A stretch of DNA of 64,000 bases from Candidatus Komeilibacteria bacterium RIFOXYD1_FULL_37_29 (GTDB taxonomy: Bacteria; Patescibacteriota; Patescibacteriia; UBA1558; GWA2-36-10). This document shows positions 1 to 10,366 of the stretch, piece by piece; the first letter of the stretch is position 1, and each line of letters starts with the position of its first letter. Where the stretch lies: NCBI GenBank assembly GCA_001818495.1, contig MHKS01000004.1, forward strand, positions 84,657-148,656, read 5' to 3'. A program made the position numbers and the translations under genes. Below the pieces are notes generated by a model that saw only the letters and a list, made by a program, of their open reading frames with translations, did not search any database and was not told the DNA's origin.

Positions 1-1
1 T

Positions 2-859
2 AGATTTGATCCAGATAGGATTATCTCTACTCGAGCTCCTTATCATAGAGTTAGTCTGGACAATATAACAGCTGGTACCTTCTTTAGTTATTTTGACGAC
101 GATGTAGACACTCTAGCCCAAGCTGTCAACCGAGCGCAACTTCAAATGCAGGATATATTCTTTAGGGTTTACAATCTCAATTGGTCATCTGCTTCTAGCA
201 CTTACCAATATTATGCGGAAACAGATTTGGCTGCCGGTAACCACAGCAATCCTTACGCTGGCCCAGATTATTCTCCACGTATTTTGGCTACTTGTGGCGA
301 TGCTCTTTGTGAGACCGTTGACTCCAGTGGAAACGTAGTTGGTGTAGAACAAGGTATTACTGTCAATGGTATAACGGGTGGTAATTTGATTGGTCTGAGC
401 GGTTCCCTATTTACCAATACTAGATTTTTTTACCATGCCCATCCAGATCATATGCCGGTTTACAGCGTTGACGCTGACTGGGGAGATGGCGTAGTCAACA
501 ATTTTTCACTCAATCCTGGTAAATATAAAAATTCTTTGCCAGAAACTTATTGTGATAAAGATATTGACGCACCAGGAGACGCCAATCCTATTACGCCTGG
601 TCGGGAACCACAGATTATGGGTTTTGGTGGAGAAGACAGAGCTTGTCAGCCGGGGTATAAGGTTTTCTACCATGATTATTTGTATGATGATACCAGAAAC
701 CATGATTGTAATGGCACGGCCAGTGGCGCTCCTGGTACGCCAGCCAAACCAACTATATCAAATGCCTCTTGCTATCAGCCGCGTATCAGAGTAATGGACA
801 ATTGGGGTTGGTTTAGAGTGGTACCTTTTGATGGTTGGATAATAGTCTATGCTGAATAA
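2..859 (+). CDS. Hypothetical Gly/Cys-rich secreted protein, 5'-truncated at window edge
   Basis: The frame of ORF 146..859 stays open back to base 2 with no stop, so the gene starts upstream of the window. The protein is Gly/Cys-rich and hydrophilic. No recognisable catalytic motif. Confidence 0.4.
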   Translation, partial: RFDPDRIISTRAPYHRVSLDNITAGTFFSYFDDDVDTLAQAVNRAQLQMQDIFFRVYNLNWSSASSTYQYYAETDLAAGNHSNPYAGPDYSPRILATCGDALCETVDSSGNVVGVEQGITVNGITGGNLIGLSGSLFTNTRFFYHAHPDHMPVYSVDADWGDGVVNNFSLNPGKYKNSLPETYCDKDIDAPGDANPITPGREPQIMGFGGEDRACQPGYKVFYHDYLYDDTRNHDCNGTASGAPGTPAKPTISNASCYQPRIRVMDNWGWFRVVPFDGWIIVYAE

Positions 860-898
860 TCTTTTGGGATAAATTTTCAATAAAGATAAGATATTAAT

Positions 899-3800
899 AT
901 GGAATTTAAAAAACATAAATTAATCAGCCGCTTCCCTTATTTGGCGACCATTTTTAGCTTGCTGATGTTTTTGCCAAATAGGGTTTTGGCAGTGGACCCA
1001 TTTACTAGATTGATTGGCGACGCGATTTGGAGCTTTTTTGTCTATCCGATGATTTGGGCCTTACAACTAGAATTGGCCATATTGAAGTTAGTAGCCAGAT
1101 ACAATAATTTTACCAATGAAGGTGGAGTAATCTTGGGTTGGATAGCGCTACGCGATCTTTCCAATATGTTTTTTATTCTGATACTTTTGGTGATTGCTTT
1201 TGCCACAATACTTAGAATTTCCAGTTATGGTTATCAGCAACTATTAAAGCGCACACTGATTATTGCTATTTTGATAAACTTTTCCAAAACCATCGTTGGT
1301 TTTGTGATTGATATCGCTCAGATTGTTATGTTGACTTTTATCTCAGCGGTAGACGATATATTGACCGGCGGAGTAGTAGTGGCTATCGGACTTCAAAAAT
1401 TTACCACCATTAATATTTTGGGTGATGGCATGGATTATGCTGATTATATTACCTCTTTGGTCATGGGGGCTCTACTAGTGGCTATACTTTTAGTAGTTAT
1501 TGGTATTATGGTGATGATGCTGACGATGAGAATTATAGCTTTATGGGTAGCGATTATTTTAGCACCGCTAGCTTTTGTGGCTAGTATTTTTCCAGCCACC
1601 AACAGCTTTTATAACACCTGGATAAAGCAACTGGGTAGCAATTTGGTCTCTGGGCCGATGCTGGCGTTTTTTCTGTGGCTGACCTTTTCTATTGTGGGAA
1701 ATGGAGAGGCATATAAAAGTTTTATGGAATCGGGCACCACTCCGGGGGATGGAGCTACAGAATTTTTGGGTACTAGTAATTTGGTAAATTATATAGTAGC
1801 CATTTCTTTGCTACTGACGGGTATTAAAATAGCGGCTAGTTCGGGAGCCGCTGGAGCCAGTTTTGCGGCCAAAGGCATGGGACTGATGCAAAAAACAGCC
1901 GGTAAACTTTATAGGCGTTATCCAAAAGCCCTGGGTATGAGAGTAGCTTCTGGTGTAGCTGGTCGAGTTGTTGATAAGGATGGTAATTTGAGAACAGGTT
2001 TCAAGACGCTAGGTAAAATACCTTTTTATGGCGGTCGCTTACAAAGAGGAGCTATGAACGTTAAAGGTAGAAATGCTGCTAGAATAATGGAGGAAAAAGC
2101 TGAAGACGAAAAATATCTTTTGCCACAGCACAAGGTGGTCTATGAAAAAACCTATGGAGCGGGAGCTAGTAGTAAATTTAAAGTAGGAAAAATACCTTTG
2201 GGTAAAATATATTCCAAGGTGGGTTCTTGGGGAGGTGACAAGGAAAGAGAAGCTATGATGTATCAGAATATGTTGGCTCGCGGCGAAATTAATGTTGGCA
2301 ATGCCGATAAAGCCACCAACGCCTTGCGTGATCTTGGTGATGAAGCTGGTATGCAAAAAATACAATCCCAATATTGGACCTTTAAAGATAAGGCAGAAGC
2401 CAAACGTTTGATAGAAAAGGGAGGATTGGGGACTGTATTGGATAGTGTAAAAACAGATAATCTTAGAGAAAAGGTTATAGATCCAAAAACAGGCAAGGTC
2501 GAAATGGAAAAATATATAGACCCAGCAACCGGTGAAACCAAGGAAAGAGAAAAAATTCGAGTAAAAGAGTCTACCCAATATGCTTTGGAAGCCATTGCTA
2601 ATCCGGAGCATGGACAGGCAGATCACAATACTATAGCCAAGTATATTTTGAAGTGGAGCAAAGAAGACAGGGGTACTTTGATGACTATTGTTAAAGATAG
2701 TTTTGATTTTGCTAAGCATTTTACAGGAGAAACGTTGGATTCAAAAGATGGTTATCAGCCAGACAAAAGAAACTTTATTCCATCTAGGTTATCAAACGAA
2801 GCTGTGATGTGGGCTCAGGTGACAGGAAAGATTTACCCTCAAATGTTGGGGGATGAGTTTGGTGATGATGGTAAATTGAAGCTATTTGGTGCAGATAGGT
2901 ATTATCATGCAGCTGGTTACCGAGATTTAAAAGAGTCGTATGTAGTACCTGGCCAAATAGCTAGTAGATTGCAACAACAACACGGAGAAACCAATGTTCA
3001 ATTTAAGAAAAGAAAGCAACATGCTGAAGCCCTTGATGTTGTAAAATTAGACGATGCCAGCACCTTACATCAAGCATTGCGAGGACGTTATGTGACTAAA
3101 GATGCGAGTGGTAAAGATGTCATTGATAAAGAGAAATTCGTTGAATATAGGCAAAAGATGTATAGGCAGATATTGAATTTAGATGCTTATACAGAAAATT
3201 TACAAGGTAAGAAGCGATCTGATTTTCACAATAATGATCATATCTATAATAATAATTTAACCATTGCTGAACAAGCAGAGCAATTGGCTAGAAAATATGT
3301 AGCTCCAGAAACAGCTCGCGGAGATTTAATAATTCAAAAAGACAATCCGGCCAAAGAAGGAGAACCAGATTATGAAGTTAGGAAATTACATAGAGGTAAT
3401 TTTGCTACTCAAACAGCTTATGCTGATTATCTTGATAATTTGCAAAGAGCTACCAGAGAAATAGAGAAAATATTGGCTATTAAAATGGAAGATGTTGATA
3501 AAGATTTTGATGATAAATTTGGTGAAGGTGCTTTTGAAAGAGAAAAAAGAAGGATGGTAGCAGAAGTGGTTGATGATAAGCGAACAGCTCATGATTTAGT
3601 ATCCAAGAGTATCTGGGGAGAAGTTCAAGATGGAGCGCCTGGGGAAAGACTGGCAGAAGTAAATACTGGTAATATTCATGAAGCAGTTATGCTTGATCAT
3701 GCTCTTGATTCATCTGAAAATCAGCAACAAGCTCAAGCATTTAAAGTAACTACCCCTGAGCAGACGCAATATATAGTAGATAAACTAGCCGAGCTTGGTA

Positions 3801-4270
3801 AACAGCCCCAGAAGATATTATTAGAAAATATCCCAAAGGTTCTAGCGGCTGAGGCTATGCAGAAATTTAATGATGTCAAGGCTCTACAAGCTGGTGTCTT
3901 GCCTCAGGACTTGTTGTTATTGGGAGCTGATTTGAGAAAAATATCGGTAGTTTTAAAAACTATGGCCAATCAACAAAACATGACGGTTTCTCAGATATTA
4001 AAAAAAGATAAGGCTTTAGAGGGGTATATAACAAGTTTGCAAAAGATACATGAGAATAACACAAATATTAATCAAGGCATGCTGGTGATAGATAATGCAC
4101 CGCCAGGAGTCAACAGCCCAGAATTGGAAAAATTGATGGAAGAAGCAGATATTGAAGGTGTACAAAGTGCTGGTTATTTGGTTAATGGAGTGGTGCAAAA
4201 AAAAGTGAAAGCTGAAGTGGATAAAAAAACTAAGGGATCTTCAGAAGATAGCGACAAAGAAAAAACCTAG
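899..4270 (+). CDS. VirB6/TrbL-like polytopic membrane protein with ~800 aa charged C-terminal extension
   Basis: N-terminal signal-like segment followed by about 7 hydrophobic helices in the first 330 aa, a TrbL/VirB6-like topology. The rest is a long Lys/Glu/Asp-rich hydrophilic tail. Assignment is by topology and by the VirB4 cluster lying 5 kb downstream; there is no sequence-level proof. Confidence 0.4.
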   Translation: MEFKKHKLISRFPYLATIFSLLMFLPNRVLAVDPFTRLIGDAIWSFFVYPMIWALQLELAILKLVARYNNFTNEGGVILGWIALRDLSNMFFILILLVIAFATILRISSYGYQQLLKRTLIIAILINFSKTIVGFVIDIAQIVMLTFISAVDDILTGGVVVAIGLQKFTTINILGDGMDYADYITSLVMGALLVAILLVVIGIMVMMLTMRIIALWVAIILAPLAFVASIFPATNSFYNTWIKQLGSNLVSGPMLAFFLWLTFSIVGNGEAYKSFMESGTTPGDGATEFLGTSNLVNYIVAISLLLTGIKIAASSGAAGASFAAKGMGLMQKTAGKLYRRYPKALGMRVASGVAGRVVDKDGNLRTGFKTLGKIPFYGGRLQRGAMNVKGRNAARIMEEKAEDEKYLLPQHKVVYEKTYGAGASSKFKVGKIPLGKIYSKVGSWGGDKEREAMMYQNMLARGEINVGNADKATNALRDLGDEAGMQKIQSQYWTFKDKAEAKRLIEKGGLGTVLDSVKTDNLREKVIDPKTGKVEMEKYIDPATGETKEREKIRVKESTQYALEAIANPEHGQADHNTIAKYILKWSKEDRGTLMTIVKDSFDFAKHFTGETLDSKDGYQPDKRNFIPSRLSNEAVMWAQVTGKIYPQMLGDEFGDDGKLKLFGADRYYHAAGYRDLKESYVVPGQIASRLQQQHGETNVQFKKRKQHAEALDVVKLDDASTLHQALRGRYVTKDASGKDVIDKEKFVEYRQKMYRQILNLDAYTENLQGKKRSDFHNNDHIYNNNLTIAEQAEQLARKYVAPETARGDLIIQKDNPAKEGEPDYEVRKLHRGNFATQTAYADYLDNLQRATREIEKILAIKMEDVDKDFDDKFGEGAFEREKRRMVAEVVDDKRTAHDLVSKSIWGEVQDGAPGERLAEVNTGNIHEAVMLDHALDSSENQQQAQAFKVTTPEQTQYIVDKLAELGKQPQKILLENIPKVLAAEAMQKFNDVKALQAGVLPQDLLLLGADLRKISVVLKTMANQQNMTVSQILKKDKALEGYITSLQKIHENNTNINQGMLVIDNAPPGVNSPELEKLMEEADIEGVQSAGYLVNGVVQKKVKAEVDKKTKGSSEDSDKEKT

Positions 4271-4351
4271 AGGCAGTACAGAAAATTTAGGAGAATAATT
4301 TCGTCAGGCCAGAAAATAAAAATAGAATAAAAATTAAAACATTCTAGGCAT

Positions 4352-5608
4352 ATGATGCCAAAAAATCTTTGGTTACAATTTCCGGAAGAGATAATGTTTT
4401 TTATCGCTAATGAAGTTGAACAGCTAGTTTATGATATAGCTGCTAAATTTGAATTGTCCGGCGAACAAGAAATGTATATCTTTGATCTAGCCGATGATAT
4501 TTTTTTGAAAAAAATCAGCATTTTGGATTTGCCTAATTATTTGGATAAAATACCCCAGGCCAAGGGAGTGGATGTGCGGCTTTTGGCACTGGACTTGGCT
4601 TATAAGGTCTTTTGGCCACTACAGGATTATTTAGGAGGAGTGGATCGTTTGATTTTACGTTTGGGCGGCAAGGTACCTAGACAAAAGACCCTGCAGGCCG
4701 GCTCTAAAGATGATAATAAGCTTTTTAATGGTACTGAGCAAAGTACTGTCAGTAAAATGTTGGAGCGTTATAAAAATTTTGCTAGTTTACGGCTCACGGC
4801 TAATAAAATTGTAAATAAAGCGGGGCACATAGTGCCGCCCATAGTGGCAAATTGGATTGAAGATTATGTACATTTTTTGGGAGCAGGAAACCACAATTCT
4901 TTAAAAAGAGCTCAATATCTTTCTAAAGCAGCCAATGCTTTAAAAGTGAGCGAAAAAGAAAGAGAAAGATTGCGTTATTTTTTTGTTTCTTATGATGAAA
5001 ATTCCCTAGTATTTTTTCATCTTGATCAAGGTATATTGATGGTTGAGGAAATACAGGAACAGGAAAAAACACCAGTAGCCGAAAATGCTAGTATAGACAT
5101 TTCCCAGACTTTGGATAATTTTTATCAAAATTTACGGTCTTTAGATAATAAAATAGTTTCCGCCAATATTATTATGTCTGAAGCTGAAAATAATCCCAAT
5201 AAAGTCCGAGATATTCTGTGGCAGGCCATGGGTATTGGTGATAAAGACAAAGCTTTGGGCTGTCTACGTGTTTTGATAACCAAAAAATCTTTTGATCAAA
5301 TGATCAAAGAGGATAGTCGTTTTAAAAATATTTTAAAGAGATTTATTGGTGTCAAATACGGTCAAAATATGGAACGGGCTTTGGATGAAAATATAGATCA
5401 GCTGATAGTTAGGCGTATTTTTTTGGAGATGATTTTATCCGAAAAATTAAGATTATCAGAGGAGGATGCTTATAGTACGGCTTTTTATCTGACCAATATT
5501 ATACCCGGTTCTGGACAGGTAGTTTATCTAGATAAGAGGAGTAAGGCATTTAGGTGGTTAGAAATTCAGGTGGTGGCCAATAAATTTTCTTGGGTTGATA
5601 AAATATAA
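4352..5608 (+). CDS. Hypothetical cytoplasmic protein
   Basis: Long ORF with no recognisable motifs and a host-like composition. Confidence 0.45.
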   Translation: MMPKNLWLQFPEEIMFFIANEVEQLVYDIAAKFELSGEQEMYIFDLADDIFLKKISILDLPNYLDKIPQAKGVDVRLLALDLAYKVFWPLQDYLGGVDRLILRLGGKVPRQKTLQAGSKDDNKLFNGTEQSTVSKMLERYKNFASLRLTANKIVNKAGHIVPPIVANWIEDYVHFLGAGNHNSLKRAQYLSKAANALKVSEKERERLRYFFVSYDENSLVFFHLDQGILMVEEIQEQEKTPVAENASIDISQTLDNFYQNLRSLDNKIVSANIIMSEAENNPNKVRDILWQAMGIGDKDKALGCLRVLITKKSFDQMIKEDSRFKNILKRFIGVKYGQNMERALDENIDQLIVRRIFLEMILSEKLRLSEEDAYSTAFYLTNIIPGSGQVVYLDKRSKAFRWLEIQVVANKFSWVDKI

Positions 5609-5646
5609 GATTGTTTATAGTGTGAGTTATTTATTTTAATTTAAAA

Positions 5647-5667
5647 CCCGCGGCCATAGGCCGCGGG
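5647..5667. terminator. Bidirectional intrinsic terminator (9-bp GC stem CCCGCGGCC/GGCCGCGGG, 3-nt loop)
   Basis: Perfect G+C-rich hairpin between the convergent genes 4352..5608 (+) and 5675..6841 (-). It has A/T runs on both sides. Confidence 0.6.
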
Positions 5668-5674
5668 ATATTTG

Positions 5675-6841
5675 TTATTTAAATTTCCAGACAGTAATTT
5701 GTCTTTTGACTTTTTGATCTTCGCGACTATAGATAATATCCTCTTTGAGCTGGTAATCAAAACCTAGTCGGGAAATATTTTTTTTATCTAAAGTATAAAT
5801 ATCTTGGCCAGCAATATTAAAAACCGGGAAGATAAAGATTATTTGGCCAGCAGGGGAGAGTATTTTTTGGAATTTTTCAAAAGCTGTTTGGTAGAGGTTT
5901 TGCAGGTCTTTTTGAATAGTTAGTAGATTGTGGGAGCTTCTTTGCTGGCTAATAAAGCGAGCATCACCCATAAAAGGTTCACTAACTATCAGATCGATGG
6001 AGTTGGTTTCAAAATTTTGGTCTATATTTTTTACATCAATAACCTTTATTTTTAGATCAGCCTTTAGAGCAAAATTTTTGCTCAACCAATCTAAGTTTTG
6101 TTTGGTTTCTTCGACAGCCTGGGAGCTGATATCAGAGCCATAGATTTTTTTATAACCCAAAAGCATAGCTTCTTGTAGGATGGTACCGGAACCGCAAAAG
6201 GGGTCTAAGAGACTTTTATTGGTGTCATAGCCAGCTAAATTGACTAGCATGCGAGCGACTTTGGGTGGCAACATGCCACTTCGATTATCGCGATAAGGTC
6301 TGGCCATATCCCTAAAACCATAAGAAACAAAATCTTGTACAGTCCTAGTTATTCCCAGTAGGTACTCTTCGTGGTTTTTTATAATCAGTAGTTCATGATC
6401 GAGTAATTTATTTTTAGCTACTATGACTGATGATAAGACTGCTTCTTGGCCAGTGACCAAGCGGCTTTTGTATTTTTTCTCTCGTAGTATTTTTTTTAAT
6501 TGAAAGGCAACTTTTTTTATATTTTGATAATTATTATTGCTGTCATTATAAAGACTAAAGCCAAAACAGTTTTTACTAGTTGGTTTCAGATTGTTTTTTA
6601 GAATATCATACCAGAGACTAGTATTTAAGTCTGATAAATTTTTTATAGTTTGAATATATTGGCCGACTTTGATAGTGCCCCCCAAGATATTGATCAGTTC
6701 CTGAGGTGTTTGGTTAGCCGATATTACTGCAAAATTTGTGCCAGTTAGCTCTATTTGGCCATTTGAGGAGCTCAAAACAGCTGCCAGCTCTTGACGAGCT
6801 AGCGCAGAGGATTGTCCTAGTATTAGCAGGTATTTATTCAT
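5675..6841 (-). CDS. SAM-dependent RNA methyltransferase (UPF0020 / THUMP-associated family)
   Basis: Motif I LDPFCGSGTILQEA and a downstream degenerate NPPY-like segment (DLIVSEPFMGD). The N-terminal domain is non-catalytic. There is no restriction-enzyme partner gene. Confidence 0.55.
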   Translation of the reverse strand: MNKYLLILGQSSALARQELAAVLSSSNGQIELTGTNFAVISANQTPQELINILGGTIKVGQYIQTIKNLSDLNTSLWYDILKNNLKPTSKNCFGFSLYNDSNNNYQNIKKVAFQLKKILREKKYKSRLVTGQEAVLSSVIVAKNKLLDHELLIIKNHEEYLLGITRTVQDFVSYGFRDMARPYRDNRSGMLPPKVARMLVNLAGYDTNKSLLDPFCGSGTILQEAMLLGYKKIYGSDISSQAVEETKQNLDWLSKNFALKADLKIKVIDVKNIDQNFETNSIDLIVSEPFMGDARFISQQRSSHNLLTIQKDLQNLYQTAFEKFQKILSPAGQIIFIFPVFNIAGQDIYTLDKKNISRLGFDYQLKEDIIYSREDQKVKRQITVWKFK

Positions 6842-6889
6842 AACTATTATATAATAGTGTAAATTATATTTTTAGGCAATATTTCAGTA

Positions 6890-6918
6890 TTGACTTATCT
6901 ACTAAATTGTGTTAAATT
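6890..6918 (+). promoter_or_regulatory. Sigma70-like promoter TTGACT-17-TAAATT upstream of rpsF
   Basis: Hexamers read directly with 17-nt spacing, about 90 nt upstream of the rpsF ATG. A 7-bp leader hairpin (CCTTGAT/ATCAAGG) follows. Confidence 0.35.
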
Positions 6919-7009
6919 GCGCTCAAGTTAATATATCTTAATTAACCACGCTCCTCTTATTAACTGTAGGGGGCCCTTGATCACAAAATCAAGGTAATTA
7001 GATAGAAAA

Positions 7010-7522
7010 ATGAAATACGAACTATCTTTTATTATTAGTCCGGCTATCGCTGAAACAGATCATACATCTGTTAATCAGGAGGCATTGGACTATCTCAAAG
7101 GCATCGATGCTAAAGTCACTCGAGAGCCTTATTTTATGGGCCGCAGAAAGTTGGCCTACCCTATTGCCAAGCAAAAGCATGGTTTTTATGTTTGCCTGGA
7201 GTTTGAAGTAGCTGATGGCAAAAAATTGCCAGAGTTGGACACCAAATTAAAGCACAATACTAGCTTGTTGCGTTATTTGATTATTCGATTGGAAAATCGT
7301 ACTCAAAATGTAACAGTTGATTTTGCTAAAATGGAAGAAAGAGACCGAGCTAAAACAAAAGTAATGGCTAATAAAAAATCAAAAACTCCAACGACCCGAG
7401 CTCCTTTTAAGAGAGAGACTTATTTCAGTAAAAGCAAGCCAGAGGCTACTCAACCAAAAGTAAGGCTGGAAGATATTGATAAGAGATTGGATGAAATTTT
7501 GGAAGATCCAAAAATTGATTAA
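7010..7522 (+). CDS. rpsF: 30S ribosomal protein S6 with C-terminal acidic/basic extension
   Basis: N-terminal YELSFII...RRKLAYPI core typical of S6. Classic rpsF-ssb-rpsR gene order. Confidence 0.85.
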   Translation: MKYELSFIISPAIAETDHTSVNQEALDYLKGIDAKVTREPYFMGRRKLAYPIAKQKHGFYVCLEFEVADGKKLPELDTKLKHNTSLLRYLIIRLENRTQNVTVDFAKMEERDRAKTKVMANKKSKTPTTRAPFKRETYFSKSKPEATQPKVRLEDIDKRLDEILEDPKID

Positions 7523-7540
7523 TTTTATTAAGATAATTAT

Positions 7541-8017
7541 ATGAATTTGAACAAAGCAATGATCATCGGCAATGTAGTACGCGATCCAGAAATGCGTAGT
7601 ACTCCTAGTGGTCAAAATGTCAGCTCTTTTTCAGTGGCTACCAACAGAGTGTGGAATGATACCAATGGTCAAAAACAGGAAAAGGTGGAGTTTCATAATG
7701 TAGTCGCTTGGCGTCGTCTGGCTGAAATCAGCAATCAATATTTAAAGAAAGGATCAAAAGTCTATGTTGAAGGCAGATTACAAACAAGATCCTGGGATGA
7801 CCCCAATGGTGTTAAAAGATATCGGACCGAAATTATTTTAGAAAATATGATTATGTTGGACAGGTCTGGTGGAGTTTCTTCTGCTGCTGGCTCTTTCAAT
7901 ACTGAGCAACCTTCTATGGACAAAACACCAGTCGTCGATGTAGAACAAAGCGGAGTTTCTAAAAATAAAGCTAGTGACTCAGATGAGGAAATTAGCATTG
8001 AAGATATTCCATTTTAA
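7541..8017 (+). CDS. ssb: Single-stranded DNA-binding protein
   Basis: OB-fold SSB core (MIIGNVVRDPEMR...VVAWRRLAE) and the acidic C-terminal tail ending DIPF. Confidence 0.9.
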   Translation: MNLNKAMIIGNVVRDPEMRSTPSGQNVSSFSVATNRVWNDTNGQKQEKVEFHNVVAWRRLAEISNQYLKKGSKVYVEGRLQTRSWDDPNGVKRYRTEIILENMIMLDRSGGVSSAAGSFNTEQPSMDKTPVVDVEQSGVSKNKASDSDEEISIEDIPF

Positions 8018-8041
8018 AAACCAATTAATACAAAGTTTAAT

Positions 8042-8260
8042 ATGCATAAAAAACAAACCAGTAAATATTGTCATTTTTGTGTCAACAATATTTCCGATAT
8101 TGATTACAAAAATTGGCAGCAATTAAAACGCTTTACTTCTTCTTATGGAAAAATAGTACCAAAAAGAAGAAACGGTGTTTGCTCAAAACATCAAAGAAAA
8201 ATGGCTCAAGCTATCAAACGGGCTCGTTTTATGGCACTTTTGCCTTATGTAGCCAAATAA
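8042..8260 (+). CDS. rpsR: 30S ribosomal protein S18
   Basis: CHFC...YKN...LKRF...GKIVPKRRNGVC...QRKMAQAIKRAR, S18 signature. Confidence 0.9.
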   Translation: MHKKQTSKYCHFCVNNISDIDYKNWQQLKRFTSSYGKIVPKRRNGVCSKHQRKMAQAIKRARFMALLPYVAK

Positions 8261-8264
8261 GATT

Positions 8265-8822
8265 ATGTTGTCACTGAGTGATTTAAAATTAGGACGAGTG
8301 ATATCGGTCAATGAAGAGCCCTATCAGATTGTGTTTAATCAGCACATCAAAGTAGCTCGTGGTGGAGCAGTGGTTAAAACCAAACTCAAAAATTTGATTT
8401 CCGGAAATACTTTGGAAAAAACTTTTTCTGGTTCGGATGATATCATGGAAGCCGACATTAACCGTACCAAAGCCAATTTTCTTTATAAACAAGAAGATAC
8501 TTTTCATTTTATGGACAATGAAAGTTTTGAGCAGTTTCAATTTTCAGAAAATGATTTGGGCGATTTAGTAAAATATCTAATCGAAGGTCAGGAAGTAGAT
8601 GTTTTGGTTTTCAATGACCGACCGGTTTCTATAGCCTTACCGACTAAAATTAAATTAGAGGTCAAATCAGCACCAGAAGGTGTCAAAGGTAATAGTGCGG
8701 GAGCTATTACTAAAACAGTGGTTTTAGAAAATGACTTAGAATTGAGAACGCCATTGTTTATTAAATCTGGGGACAGAATTGTTGTTAATACCGAGACGGG
8801 AGAATATGTAGAAAGAGCTTAA
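8265..8822 (+). CDS. efp: Elongation factor P
   Basis: 185 aa with EF-P domain order (N-terminal KOW-like segment, two OB domains). The conserved loop region reads KVARGGA. Confidence 0.85.
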   Translation: MLSLSDLKLGRVISVNEEPYQIVFNQHIKVARGGAVVKTKLKNLISGNTLEKTFSGSDDIMEADINRTKANFLYKQEDTFHFMDNESFEQFQFSENDLGDLVKYLIEGQEVDVLVFNDRPVSIALPTKIKLEVKSAPEGVKGNSAGAITKTVVLENDLELRTPLFIKSGDRIVVNTETGEYVERA

Positions 8823-8845
8823 TTTTTTCATATATTTTTTAAACA

Positions 8846-8884
8846 CCACCACTCAAAGCTTTAACGCCGGGCGGTGGTGTTTTT
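8846..8884 (+). terminator. Intrinsic terminator after efp
   Basis: CACCACC...GGTGGTG stem followed by TTTTTT. Confidence 0.5.
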
Positions 8885-9019
8885 TATTGTTTAATTGTTG
8901 GCTATAAATACTCAAATATGTTATAATATACTCACAATAGTTATCTACTGAAATGGTCTGAGAAGTTTTTAAAACAAAGCTTAGTAGCTAGCAAAAATAA
9001 AAATAATATACTCCAATTC

Positions 9020-10363
9020 ATGGACTTTGCAAATAATACAACCGTTAATATTTTAGATAACGACAACTGGTCTTCTTCGCTTTTGGTCAAAGATGAAAAG
9101 GGTAATTTGACTTACCTCAAAAATAAAGCACCCCAGATCAAGCTTGGCCCAGAGTCGCAAATTGATGTAGTTTCTGAAGGTGATTTAGCACCTCGGGATG
9201 CTTCTTTTATTTCACTGCCCAATATTTACGGCTCTTCTTCGGATAAAGCAGAACTTGTTTTTCATCCGCACGACAAGCAGGAGTTGGATTTTTTTGCTAA
9301 AAATGTACCACTAGATGATAGTAAAAAATATAGTATAGAAAAAATTGTGGCTCGCATTATTGCCAAGCAAGAGTTGGATTTTGATGAGAAAAATGCCAAA
9401 CTTTTTACTAATATTTTATACAATTTTTTCCGAAGTAGAAAAAGTGCGGCTATCGTGAGAGAGCTTTTGAGTAAAAATGTTTCATTGAAAAATAAACCAC
9501 TAGCGGGAGAAAATTTAGATACCATATTGTCTGTTATTAAAGTTATAAAAAATAAAATTGACTTGGCTGGGGGATTGGTAGTCAATCAAGCAGAATTAGC
9601 CCTTAAACAGGAGACAAGTGTTAAGTTGGAAATACCGACCATCAAAATAGAGGAAACAAACAATAACCAAAAATCAGCTCAAGACGAGATCAAAGATATG
9701 TTAAAAGGCGCTTTGCCAAAAGTAGAAGCCAAAATTATTGAAACAACAGTTGAGGACAAAAGTAAGATAAAGGATAAACAGGGAGTTCAACCAGCGGCTG
9801 GATTTTCTATTCCGGCGGGGTCAAAGGAACTTGATAAAAAACCGATTGTTAGTAACCCAAAGACCGATATAGTGGCTAGTAATAAAATTTTGGAGATTAA
9901 ACTAGATAGTCCGGAAGAAAAAATAGATATATCTTTACCCAAAGTATCTAGACCGGGTATTTCGCAAACTCCTAGGCGGTCTATGAGCGATGTTTTTACG
10001 CCAGCCAAAGAAGACGCTTCTTTTCTATCCAGGGCAACTTTAATGGGGCCAGTACAAGAATTGCAATCTTTTGATTTAATTGCTTTTCGTCGTTTGGGAA
10101 ATACTGCTGAAGAAAGAGTCCAAAAAGTGTTTGATCGGATAAATTTATTAGAGCAGGATTCTTATACTAAAAAAGCTCAAGGCATTGCTGCTTGGAGAGA
10201 GAGTGGTGTTTATAAATTATATCTTAAGCTAGGAGCAGATAGCATGATTGCTGGTCGGCAAGTGGCTGATTATATAGCAGACAAAGCAAATAAAAACGAA
10301 GATACTTTGAGTGTAGCCGAATTTTCAGCTATTTCTGATTTAAATAAGCAATTGAGGTTTTAA
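9020..10363 (+). CDS. Hypothetical protein, first gene of the T4SS-like cluster
   Basis: 447 aa hydrophilic, no TM helices and no recognisable motif. Its stop is 3 nt before the PrgI-like gene. Confidence 0.45.
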   Translation: MDFANNTTVNILDNDNWSSSLLVKDEKGNLTYLKNKAPQIKLGPESQIDVVSEGDLAPRDASFISLPNIYGSSSDKAELVFHPHDKQELDFFAKNVPLDDSKKYSIEKIVARIIAKQELDFDEKNAKLFTNILYNFFRSRKSAAIVRELLSKNVSLKNKPLAGENLDTILSVIKVIKNKIDLAGGLVVNQAELALKQETSVKLEIPTIKIEETNNNQKSAQDEIKDMLKGALPKVEAKIIETTVEDKSKIKDKQGVQPAAGFSIPAGSKELDKKPIVSNPKTDIVASNKILEIKLDSPEEKIDISLPKVSRPGISQTPRRSMSDVFTPAKEDASFLSRATLMGPVQELQSFDLIAFRRLGNTAEERVQKVFDRINLLEQDSYTKKAQGIAAWRESGVYKLYLKLGADSMIAGRQVADYIADKANKNEDTLSVAEFSAISDLNKQLRF

Positions 10364-10366
10364 GCT

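Noticed and set aside
2039-2719. Minus-strand ORFs 2039..2719 and 2263..2595 inside the VirB6-like gene
   Set aside because: They are antisense to a long coherent ORF, and their Phe/Ser-rich composition is typical of reverse-frame artefacts of Lys/Glu-rich coding sequence.
899-4270. Confident VirB6 call
   Set aside because: Kept tentative. The topology fits TrbL/VirB6, but the gene is separated from the VirB4 cluster by housekeeping genes and I cannot run a profile search.
5675-6841. DNA methyltransferase of a restriction-modification system
   Set aside because: The DPFCGSGT motif with a non-catalytic N-terminal domain fits the UPF0020 / THUMP-associated RNA methyltransferase type. There is no adjacent restriction endonuclease or specificity gene.
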